64,000 nucleotides of DNA, from positions 5,687-69,686 of the forward strand of contig DYHX01000001.1 in NCBI GenBank assembly GCA_020723925.1, written 5' to 3'. The notes under the pieces are model-generated. The model made no database searches and was not told where the DNA came from. It saw nothing but the letters and a program-made list of their open reading frames with translations. Shown in pieces: positions 8,000-15,854 of this stretch. Within the stretch, counting starts at the first letter, position 1. The number at the start of each line of letters is the position of its first letter. The DNA comes from Nitrospira japonica (lineage in GTDB: Bacteria > Nitrospirota > Thermodesulfovibrionia > Thermodesulfovibrionales > DYHX01). The translations under genes and the position numbers were made by a program.

Positions 8000-10676
8000 T
8001 CAATGGGGATGCACTAAAATCTCCTTCTCTCATCCTCGATATGATCTCCTCGAGGAATCGAAGGCTTATCTCGATATAATCCTCTATTGTCCGTTTTTCA
8101 CGTTTGTCATTCCTTCCTGGAATCCACGTGAGGTTAATATCCTTAAGCGAATAAATTCCCACACGTTCTACTTTAAACCCGAGAGATTTCATCAATGCAG
8201 CATAGAGAAATAGCTGGAGTGTTGCACCCTTTGTCATCACCTGTGGGCCGCTGAATAAGGCTGAGCCTGTCTTATAATCAATAAGCTCAACCTCACCCCA
8301 ATCTTTTCTATCTATCCTGTCTATTTTCCCTTTGAGTTTTATCCCTTTTATAGGTTCACCTTCAACAGGAACTTCAGCCCTCATGAATGAATAACCTTCA
8401 TCCCTGAGTTTGTTTTCGAGTTCATAGAGTTCAGGTAGTATGTACAGGAAAGAATCCCTGATGAGTTTTTTCCAGTAGTTTTCTATAGGCTTCTCAGAGA
8501 GGAGTTTGTCTAATGTCTCGTCTGCCCTGTATCTCAGGTCATCAAAACTGGTGAATGGTTTTGATATCAGGGTTTCCATTATCTCGTGGGCTATGGTTCC
8601 AAGCAGGGCTGCCTCGACCTCGTATTCCTTGGCCTCAGGAGCTTCGAGGTTAAGCATTTTCTCAATAAAAAACTTCCTCGCGCATGTCCTGTAATAGTCT
8701 ATGTCGGTAACCCTGATGTAGGAGTTTTCTCCAAACCTTTCTTTGATTAATTTATCCTTCATACCTTCAATTTCTCTAATATGAGACGAAAGAGGCATCT
8801 TGCCCTGCCTGATAAGCTCCTCCTCCATAGAGAAGATTCCAAATACCCGCTCCTCTGTCTCCCTGTTCCACGAAAGAAAAGGCGAGGGGAGAAAGAATTT
8901 ATCTGAATCCATTACAGGATAGGACAGGTGGAGGCTTTTCGATGAGTCTATCAGACGCTGGAATGTGAATTTTTGTAATAAGAGGTATTTTTTCAGGTTA
9001 ACAAGTCTGAATCTCGTTCTTACACTGTCGGGCAGGATATGGTCTATCTCCGGTTTTGATGGGAGGTCACCGTCCTTGAGTCCCCCGAAATATAAAAATT
9101 CAGGTTCAATCCCCCTTGTCTCAAGAAAGCCCATGACCTGGACGCCTGTACCCTCTATCTCTGTCTCTGTGGAATTCAGGATGTGTTTCAGGGCATCGAT
9201 AAAATCTCTGAGATTAGCCTCTTTAGCTGAAAGTTCATCAATGAAGAACAATCCCTTTAATATGTTAAGCGTCTGCTCTTTTTCGCCATAGGCGGATCTG
9301 ACCATGTTGGGCAAATCCATCTCTTCACAGGAGAAACCAAGGTCATTCAGGACTTCAACAATAACTTCACTATATTGGCTGTAAGTGCCTTTATTTTTTA
9401 TGATTTCAAGTGGTGCAAGTTTTTTAAACACCCATTGAAGTCCTTTATTAATCTCAGAGGCGCTGACTGCTGAGCGCTGAATGCTGACGGTCTTTGTTAG
9501 GTTAAGCCAGGAGTCCTTTCCCTTGATTATCCCTGAACTGAGGTAGAGGCGAGGAATCCATTTCCTGAATACCTCAGGCATGTTTTTGAAGTATGGGGAT
9601 ACAAGGGATTGTGAGAATGGAAGCCTTGGATAGTCATCTGCCACAGATTCAAGCAATGAGATAAGGTCAAGAAATGGCCTTTTTTTTCGATCAGGTTTTG
9701 ATGTTGAGAGGGTATAAGGTATCCCATATCTTCTGAATACCCGCTCCAAGATGTCTGAATACTGATGTAGCTTTGGGAATGTGAGGGTTATCTTTTCTAA
9801 ATCTCTGCGCCTCCCCGAGATGAATGAGTTTTTGATATGTCTCGCTATACCTTCGACCTCTTCCTCAATCCCAGGATATGGAATATATAAGGGCTCCAGT
9901 GGTTTTTCTTCGGATGTTAAAAAGACTTCTTCGGCCTGAAAGTTATTCTTTATAAAGTTAACGTAACTCTCTGTTGTTTCAGTAAAATTATTATCATAGG
10001 GTATCGATATAAAGGTTGCTTTTGCCCTTTCAATAAGTGTCTTTAGAATTGCCTCCTCTGAACTGGTTATCTCATAGAAACCATCGAGGATAAAGACATC
10101 AGGGCTGTAATTATACCTTTCGATTAAAGACGGACATATTACCATAACGTCGTTTTCATCAAGGACATTCTGACTATTCAGAAGCTCATGGTATGTTTTA
10201 AAGACCTCTATGGCATATAACGCCCTTTTTGAGACTTCCTCAGGGATGCCGAGATCATAGAATATAGCCTTAAGCTCATTTCTGATTGTTTCGATATTTT
10301 TGCCTGGGTGGTACTGTTTAATCTCGTTAATAAAATCAGCGATAATAGATGAGAAACCAATACCTCTATCCGACAGCCTTGAGATGATAATCGGTATCAG
10401 GGTCGGTGAGATGACATTTCTATCCCCATAAAGCGAATAGAGCCTCTTTGAGAGCTGCTTTATTGTCATCATCTCCGGGGGAATGTAGCAACCCCTCGCA
10501 AGTTTGTGGAATATCCGCTGACTGTCCCTTATCTTTCTTGGTGTAGGACTGATATAGAGGATTTTCGAATAATCGTGACCATGTGCTCTTTTAATTGCTG
10601 ACTTAAGGAGATTCTCTGTAGAGCCCTTAAATCTGAATGGCGTATAGAAGATTTTAATCTGCCCTCGAGAAAGCAT
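7935..10676 (-). CDS. addB: AddB-like helicase-nuclease subunit with C-terminal Fe-S nuclease domain
   Basis: Lies immediately upstream of addA on the same strand. It has the nuclease motif IDRIDRK...LIDYKTG and a terminal Cys cluster CRNCSERPYCPY. Confidence 0.7.
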   Translation of the reverse strand: MLSRGQIKIFYTPFRFKGSTENLLKSAIKRAHGHDYSKILYISPTPRKIRDSQRIFHKLARGCYIPPEMMTIKQLSKRLYSLYGDRNVISPTLIPIIISRLSDRGIGFSSIIADFINEIKQYHPGKNIETIRNELKAIFYDLGIPEEVSKRALYAIEVFKTYHELLNSQNVLDENDVMVICPSLIERYNYSPDVFILDGFYEITSSEEAILKTLIERAKATFISIPYDNNFTETTESYVNFIKNNFQAEEVFLTSEEKPLEPLYIPYPGIEEEVEGIARHIKNSFISGRRRDLEKITLTFPKLHQYSDILERVFRRYGIPYTLSTSKPDRKKRPFLDLISLLESVADDYPRLPFSQSLVSPYFKNMPEVFRKWIPRLYLSSGIIKGKDSWLNLTKTVSIQRSAVSASEINKGLQWVFKKLAPLEIIKNKGTYSQYSEVIVEVLNDLGFSCEEMDLPNMVRSAYGEKEQTLNILKGLFFIDELSAKEANLRDFIDALKHILNSTETEIEGTGVQVMGFLETRGIEPEFLYFGGLKDGDLPSKPEIDHILPDSVRTRFRLVNLKKYLLLQKFTFQRLIDSSKSLHLSYPVMDSDKFFLPSPFLSWNRETEERVFGIFSMEEELIRQGKMPLSSHIREIEGMKDKLIKERFGENSYIRVTDIDYYRTCARKFFIEKMLNLEAPEAKEYEVEAALLGTIAHEIMETLISKPFTSFDDLRYRADETLDKLLSEKPIENYWKKLIRDSFLYILPELYELENKLRDEGYSFMRAEVPVEGEPIKGIKLKGKIDRIDRKDWGEVELIDYKTGSALFSGPQVMTKGATLQLFLYAALMKSLGFKVERVGIYSLKDINLTWIPGRNDKREKRTIEDYIEISLRFLEEIISRMREGDFSASPLNEQTCRNCSERPYCPYIQGKG

Positions 10677-11841
10677 ATATATAATTTAGCATAAAGCTTT
10701 TACCCTTTGTAAGCCCTCTCAAACCAAACAAATCCGCAATAGTTGCTCCTACATCGCAGAAACAACTCCTCGTTCCCAAGGTCTTATAATCATGGGTTTT
10801 GTTATAAAAAAGCACTGGTACGTATTCCCTTGAATGGTCTGTGCTCGGGGTTGTGGGGTCGCAGCCGTGGTCTGCTGTAAGGATTAGATAGTCGTCATCT
10901 CTCATCTCTGGAATCAGGGAAGTTAGTTGTCCGTCAAAATCCTCAAGTGCCCTTGCAAAGCCTTCAGGATCATTCCTGTGACCATAGACTGTGTCAAAGT
11001 CTGTAAGAGCACAGAATATCAGACCTTCGTTTAATGAGCCTAAGAGTTCAACGACTGTTTTCATCCCATCTTCATTGTTTTTCATTTTTATACTCTCTGA
11101 AAAGCCTCTGCCTGCAAACATCTCTATGACCTTGCCAACAGATATAACCTTTATCCCCTTTCTGACGAGATGATCAAGGACTGTGTCTTCCGGTGGCGGA
11201 ATTGTAAAGTCACTTCTTCTTGGTGTCCTTGAAAAGTTTCCGGGTTTGCCTGTGAATGGTCTTGCAATTACTCTGCAGACATTGTGTGGCTCAACGAGGA
11301 TTTTACGGGCTATCTCACACATCCTGTATAGTTCTTCTAAACTTATCACCTCTTCATGAGCTGCTATCTGAAACACGCTGTCAGCGGATGTATAGACTAT
11401 TGGTATGCCTGTCTTTATATGTTCCTCACCAAGCTCTTTGATTATCTCTGTGCCTGACGCAGCCCTGTTGCCGAGAATCTTCTTACCAGTCATGTTTTCG
11501 AACTCTCTTATTATCTCTGAAGGGAAGCCATCTGGATAAGTGGGGAATGGTTTCTCATTAACAATCCCCATCATCTCCCAGTGTCCCGTGACTGTGTCTT
11601 TGCCCTTTGAGAGTTCGAGCATAATGCCATAAGAAGCCTTTGGATTTTTGTTCTTGCTGATACCTTTGAAATCTCCGAGGTTTCCAAGTCCGAGGCTTTC
11701 AAGGCATGGAAGATTGAGACCGCTGACTGCCCTTGATAGATTCCTGAGGGTATTGCTGCCCTCATCGCCGTATTCCTTAGCATCAGGCATCTCACCTATG
11801 CCTACTCCATCCATCACAAGGAGTAAAACTCGTTTTTCCAT
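10654..11841 (-). CDS. deoB: Phosphopentomutase
   Basis: N-terminus VLLLVMDGVGIGEMPDAKEYGDEGSNTL, plus GKDTVTGHWEMMG and TADHGCDPT metal-site motifs typical of DeoB. Confidence 0.85.
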   Translation of the reverse strand: MEKRVLLLVMDGVGIGEMPDAKEYGDEGSNTLRNLSRAVSGLNLPCLESLGLGNLGDFKGISKNKNPKASYGIMLELSKGKDTVTGHWEMMGIVNEKPFPTYPDGFPSEIIREFENMTGKKILGNRAASGTEIIKELGEEHIKTGIPIVYTSADSVFQIAAHEEVISLEELYRMCEIARKILVEPHNVCRVIARPFTGKPGNFSRTPRRSDFTIPPPEDTVLDHLVRKGIKVISVGKVIEMFAGRGFSESIKMKNNEDGMKTVVELLGSLNEGLIFCALTDFDTVYGHRNDPEGFARALEDFDGQLTSLIPEMRDDDYLILTADHGCDPTTPSTDHSREYVPVLFYNKTHDYKTLGTRSCFCDVGATIADLFGLRGLTKGKSFMLNYIYAFSRAD

Positions 11842-11906
11842 GAGCCATAGCTTATCTCATAAGTTCAAAGAGAGCAATAGAGACCGAAAAATAGACATAC
11901 AGGGCA

Positions 11907-11958
11907 GGCAGGGCAGGGTTCACCCCGCACTACATCCGTAGTGCGGGGTTCATAATTT
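11907..11958. repeat. GGCAGGGCAGGGTTCA...TAATTT repeat carrying a 30-nt GTAG-headed hairpin insertion
   Basis: The same 22-nt sequence occurs uninterrupted at 49606-49630. Here it is split after GGTTCA by ccccgcactacatccgtagtgcggggttca. Confidence 0.8.
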
Positions 11959-12028
11959 TTAGAATCGACAGATTATCAGAAATGGATATATTTATCTCTT
12001 GGTGTCCCCATTTTATTGACGTTTTACC

Positions 12029-12484
12029 TTGACATGGAAAACGCCTTTGATATATAAAAATTGCATGGAAATCTCTATTGAAGCAGTAGATTTCTTCTGT
12101 CCAAATGCATTATGCGGCGATTATAGGAAAAAGGGACTTGGAAATATAATCGTGTATGACAGATACGGCAAGGAGAGGAGAAAACTCCTTAAATGCAGGA
12201 CGTGCAATTTTAAGTTTTCAGAGAGGCGGAGCACATTCTTTTTCGGTCTCCATACAAACGAGAGTAAAATCAGGGAGGTTATACTATATCTGCTTGATGG
12301 CAAGAGTTTCAGGGAGACTGCCATTGCAGCAGATATAGACAAGGACACCGTACAGAGGATATGGAAAAAGTTTGTTGTATACTGCGAGGAGTCAATGGAT
12401 AGTCTCCTCAAGGAATTCAATATAAAGCTCGAGGACATTATTACACTGCTCTACAGAAGGAGCAAGAAGGGAGGCAGGCAATGA
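12029..12484 (+). CDS. Zinc-ribbon + HTH protein resembling the N-terminal domain of IS1/IS1595-type transposases (no catalytic domain)
   Basis: CPNALCGDY...CRTCNFKFSERRSTFFFGLH zinc ribbon followed by an HTH-like segment (SFRETAIAADIDKDTVQRIWKKF). Its stop overlaps the hsp20 start (ATGA). The start may be the ATG at 12065. Confidence 0.5.
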   Translation: MTWKTPLIYKNCMEISIEAVDFFCPNALCGDYRKKGLGNIIVYDRYGKERRKLLKCRTCNFKFSERRSTFFFGLHTNESKIREVILYLLDGKSFRETAIAADIDKDTVQRIWKKFVVYCEESMDSLLKEFNIKLEDIITLLYRRSKKGGRQ

Positions 12485-12924
12485 GCATAAATAAGTGGGA
12501 TCCATACAAAGACCTTCTTTCGATACAGGAAAGGGTGAACAGGCTTTTCGAGGATACGCTTTCGAAAGGGGTCAGTGCGGAGGAATCAGTTTCGACCGGC
12601 ACGTGGTCTCCTGCGGTTGATATATACGAGACAGAGGAAGAATTTGTTGTGAAGGCTGAGATTCCTGAGGTTCAGCAGTCTGATATTGATATAAGAGTTG
12701 AAAACAATGCCCTCACAATCAAGGGTGAGAGGAAACTGCAGAGAGAAGGTAGAAAAGAGAATTACCACAGGATTGAGCGTGCCTATGGGACCTTTTTAAG
12801 GTTATTCCTCCTGCCTGGAACAGTAGACAAGGAGAGTATAAGGGCGACTTTCAAGGATGGGGTCCTTAAGATTGTTCTTCCGAAGAAAGAGGAAGTAAAC
12901 CCAAAGCAGATTGAAATAAAGTGA
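12481..12924 (+). CDS. Small heat-shock protein, Hsp20/alpha-crystallin family
   Basis: WSPAVDIYETEEEFVVKAEIPEV...AYGTFLRLFLLPGTVDKESIRATFKDGVLKIVLPK is the classic alpha-crystallin domain. Confidence 0.9.
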   Translation: MSINKWDPYKDLLSIQERVNRLFEDTLSKGVSAEESVSTGTWSPAVDIYETEEEFVVKAEIPEVQQSDIDIRVENNALTIKGERKLQREGRKENYHRIERAYGTFLRLFLLPGTVDKESIRATFKDGVLKIVLPKKEEVNPKQIEIK

Positions 12925-12962
12925 AGCTCCGAGCAAAGCTCGGAGCTTCCATGTAAGGAAAA
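12923..12962. repeat. Hairpin module A (GAAGCTCCGAGC-AAA-GCTCGGAGCTTC + CATGTAAGGAAAA)
   Basis: A near-identical copy lies at 46821-46861. Confidence 0.85.
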
Positions 12963-12967
12963 AATTT

Positions 12968-13121
12968 TTATTACCTAAATTGAGCGATTCTTGTGTCAGA
13001 TAATGCTTTTAGACAGGCGAGACGCCTGTCCTACTACTCTAATTGAATCACCTAACAGGTAGGACAGCCGTCTCGGCTGTCCTTGAATTGCATTAAAAAT
13101 CGCTTAACTTAGGTATTAATA
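12968..13121. mobile_element. MITE/REPIN-like element (module B), about 153 bp, with terminal inverted repeats and two inverted GTAG-headed palindromes
   Basis: TIRs are TTATTACCTAAATTGAGCGATTC / AATCGCTTAACTTAGGTATTAATA. Inner palindromes are gacaggcgagacgcctgtcCTAC and GTAGgacagccgtctcggctgtc. A second copy lies at 39764-39916. Confidence 0.8.
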
Positions 13122-13123
13122 TA

Positions 13124-13180
13124 GTCGGCTTTCACCTCCGACTAAAAGTCGGAGCATTCAGCCGACATCCATGTAAAAGC
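13124..13180. repeat. Nested-hairpin module C ending in TCCATGTAA
   Basis: agtcggct..cctccgact-aaa-agtcggag..agccgac. The copy at 46876-46930 keeps both stems through compensatory substitutions. Confidence 0.8.
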
Positions 13181-13182
13181 TA

Positions 13183-14301
13183 TTGAAAGGAAGGATAATG
13201 GGGAGAATACGCATAGCAATTGCCGGAATCGGAAACTGCGCAAGCTCATTAATTCAGGGAATCGAACATTACAGAAGTCTCGGAGAAAGGCATCCAGACA
13301 GGTCTCTCGGTCTGATGCACTATGACCTTGGTGGGTACAAACCCGGTGATATCGAGATTGTGACTGCCCTTGATATTGACAGGAGAAAAGTGGGCAAATC
13401 TCTGAAAGAGGCGGTGTTTGCGAAGCCAAACTGCACAAATGTGTTCAATCCCGGACTGCCAGATTATCCGGTGAAGGTGAACATGGGAGAAGTGCTTGAT
13501 GGCGTATCTCCACATATGGCTGACCATCCAGAAGACAGAAGGTTTGAGGTCGCAAACAAAAAGCCATGCGATGTCGCAAAGGTGCTGAAGAAATCAGGGG
13601 CTAATATGCTGATAAGTTATCTGCCTGTCGGCTCTGAAAAGGCAACTGCATTTTATGCAGAGGCGTGCCTTAAGTCAGGAGTGAGTTTTATAAACTGCGT
13701 GCCTGTATTCATAGCGTCTGATAAATTGTGGGTGAAACGATTTGAAGAAAAGGGTATTCCAATTATAGGTGACGATATAAAAAGCCAGATAGGTGCAACA
13801 ATAATCCACAGGATGCTCACCAAGCTGTTTATTGATAGGGGTATAAAGATAGACAGAACATACCAATTAAATGTCGGAGGCAATACTGATTTTCTTAATA
13901 TGCTTAACCAGAACAGGCTCAAATCAAAGAAGATTTCGAAAACAGAGGCTGTTCAGTCACAGCTTGATAATCCGCTTGATAGCGAGAATATACATATCGG
14001 GCCCTCTGATTATGTGCCATGGCTCAAGGATAATAAGGTCTGTTTTTTGAGGATGGAGGGCAGGAGTTTCGGCAATATTCCAATAAACCTTGAACTAAGG
14101 CTGTCTGTCGAGGACTCTCCAAACAGCGCGGGTGTTGTTATAGATGCAATAAGATGCTGTAAGATTGCAAGAGATAGAAAAATTGGCGGGGCGCTTCTTT
14201 CTCCTTCTGCATACTTTATGAAACATCCTATGATTCAATACACAGACGAGGAGGCAAGGGACATGGTGGAGGAGTTTATAAAAGGAGAAAGGGAGAGGTA
14301 G
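13183..14301 (+). CDS. ino1: myo-Inositol-1-phosphate (inositol-3-phosphate) synthase
   Basis: N-terminal Rossmann motif RIAIAGIGNCASSLIQGIEHY and the size and layout of archaeal/bacterial-type MIPS. The start is probably the ATG at 13198. Confidence 0.8.
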   Translation: MKGRIMGRIRIAIAGIGNCASSLIQGIEHYRSLGERHPDRSLGLMHYDLGGYKPGDIEIVTALDIDRRKVGKSLKEAVFAKPNCTNVFNPGLPDYPVKVNMGEVLDGVSPHMADHPEDRRFEVANKKPCDVAKVLKKSGANMLISYLPVGSEKATAFYAEACLKSGVSFINCVPVFIASDKLWVKRFEEKGIPIIGDDIKSQIGATIIHRMLTKLFIDRGIKIDRTYQLNVGGNTDFLNMLNQNRLKSKKISKTEAVQSQLDNPLDSENIHIGPSDYVPWLKDNKVCFLRMEGRSFGNIPINLELRLSVEDSPNSAGVVIDAIRCCKIARDRKIGGALLSPSAYFMKHPMIQYTDEEARDMVEEFIKGERER

Positions 14302-14868
14302 ATGTTAAGTGCTAAACTTGGCCATTTTCTTGATAGACCGCTCGGAGCTTTCGCAAGGAAGATTTCAATAAGCCCCAATTCCCTTACAGTATTTGGCTTT
14401 CTTGTCACATGTTCAGCAGCCCTTATTATCCCGATGAATCTCAAACTCGGGGGCATGTTGATTCTCTTTGGCGGCATCTTTGACATGCTTGATGGAATTG
14501 TCGCAAGGACAAATGGGAGGGCAACAAAATTTGGTGCATTCCTCGACTCTGTGCTTGACAGATATTCTGATGCATTCATATTTCTTGCGATAGCATGGTA
14601 TCTCGGCGGAAAAGGTGACCACACAGGCGTGTTACTCAGCCTCGGCACTATGGTTGGTACATTCCTGATAAGCTATACAAGAGCAAGGGCAGAGGGTCTT
14701 GGCAAAGACTGCCATACTGGCCTTATGGAGAGGCCAGAGAGAATTGTCCTTTTAGCATTCGCCACTATCACAGGTTGGCTTATACCTGTTCTATGGATAA
14801 TGCTTCTCTTTACACATATAACTGTGATGCAGCGAGTTTATTATGTCTGGGGAGCGACAATAGAATAG
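14302..14868 (+). CDS. CDP-alcohol phosphatidyltransferase-family membrane protein (candidate phosphatidylinositol-phosphate synthase)
   Basis: DMLDGIVARTNGRATKFGAFLDSVLDRYSD matches DxxDGxxAR...GxxxDxxxD. It begins 1 nt after the MIPS stop. Confidence 0.8.
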   Translation: MLSAKLGHFLDRPLGAFARKISISPNSLTVFGFLVTCSAALIIPMNLKLGGMLILFGGIFDMLDGIVARTNGRATKFGAFLDSVLDRYSDAFIFLAIAWYLGGKGDHTGVLLSLGTMVGTFLISYTRARAEGLGKDCHTGLMERPERIVLLAFATITGWLIPVLWIMLLFTHITVMQRVYYVWGATIE

Positions 14869-14915
14869 TAAGCAGTAAGTGCTTACTCCTTACTAACTTC
14901 TTATTACTCGTTACG
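14869..14915. repeat. Heptamer-block hairpin (agtaagc agtaagt / cttactc cttact) between convergent genes
   Basis: The inverted AGTAAG blocks can fold. It may act as a bidirectional terminator for 14302-14868 (+) and cobO (-). Confidence 0.45.
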
Positions 14916-14961
14916 GATAAAATGAACCACCCTGCGGCAAGACCAACAGGGAATTACAATT

Positions 14962-15513
14962 TTAATATTCGATTCCTTCTCTTGCCTTAATCCCCGCTGT
15001 GTATGGATGTTTGAGCATCTTCATATATGTGACATAATCAGCGGCTTCAATTAGTTTTTCTGTTGCACCTCTGCCTGTAATGACCAGCTCAATATCCTCA
15101 GGCTTATGAGATATTAAATCTAAGGCCTCATCCTCTGTTAAAAGTCCTTCAAGGATAAGGTAGTTAAACTCATCAAGGACAATGAGGTCAAAATTGTTTT
15201 CAGACATCGCCTTCTTTATGAAATCAAGGGCTGTTTTAACTTCTGTTTTAAGTTTTTCTTTATCTATATCAGGATAAAAATGTGGGGACAAAACCTTGTC
15301 GAATTTTTTTGTAGTTACTGAAATGCTCTCAAGCATCTCAATCTCTCCACCATTTATGCCGCCCTTCATAAATTGAACAAACAGTACCCTCAATCCTCTG
15401 CTCTTTGCTCTCACTGCAAGGCCGATGGCAGCAGTAGTCTTGCCTTTACCTTCCCCTGTGTATATGTGGATATACCCTTTTTTATTCATAGCCAATAGAG
15501 CAGTAGAGCACAC
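14962..15513 (-). CDS. cobO: Cob(I)yrinic acid a,c-diamide (corrinoid) adenosyltransferase, CobO/BtuR type
   Basis: GYIHIYTGEGKGKTTAAIGLAVRA P-loop and LDEFNY motif. The likely start is MNKKGY at 15489. Confidence 0.8.
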   Translation of the reverse strand: MCSTALLAMNKKGYIHIYTGEGKGKTTAAIGLAVRAKSRGLRVLFVQFMKGGINGGEIEMLESISVTTKKFDKVLSPHFYPDIDKEKLKTEVKTALDFIKKAMSENNFDLIVLDEFNYLILEGLLTEDEALDLISHKPEDIELVITGRGATEKLIEAADYVTYMKMLKHPYTAGIKAREGIEY

Positions 15514-15762
15514 CTTCAGTCTTCATTGGTGGAGATTTTAACCGAAAATCGAATCCAAAGTCTATTTGCTTTATAAAAGTCAGGCAAAATCATTTTCAAC
15601 TCAAACACAAAAGAGGGTAAAAATTTACAGAAGCTTTACACATTTTAACACCATATTTACTAAGCAAAAGTTTAAAATTTGTACATAGTTTAAGTTGTTA
15701 ACACTAATAAGAAGGGGGTGAATGGTTTCTGATCGCTGAAGGCTGAAGCACTGTTTTTCTGG

Positions 15763-15819
15763 TCTATTTAGTTTTTTGGTTTGTTTGGTTGACAAGAGAA
15801 ACCAGATGAACTAAATGAC
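15763..15819 (+). promoter_or_regulatory. Imperfect inverted repeat of a 26-nt motif (TCTATTTAGTTTnnnTGGTTTGTnTGG) upstream of the octahaem gene
   Basis: The arms are 15763-15788 and 15795-15819. A third copy lies at 24538-24564. The element sits 36-92 nt upstream of the ATG at 15855. Confidence 0.4.
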
Positions 15820-15854
15820 ACTGACATGATTGCTGACAGAAAAGGAGGTATTTC

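Noticed and set aside
12029-12484. An active IS element (IS1/IS1595 transposase)
   Set aside because: Only the zinc-ribbon/HTH module is present. There is no DDE catalytic domain, no second transposase ORF and no flanking terminal inverted repeats. The gene is tightly coupled to hsp20.
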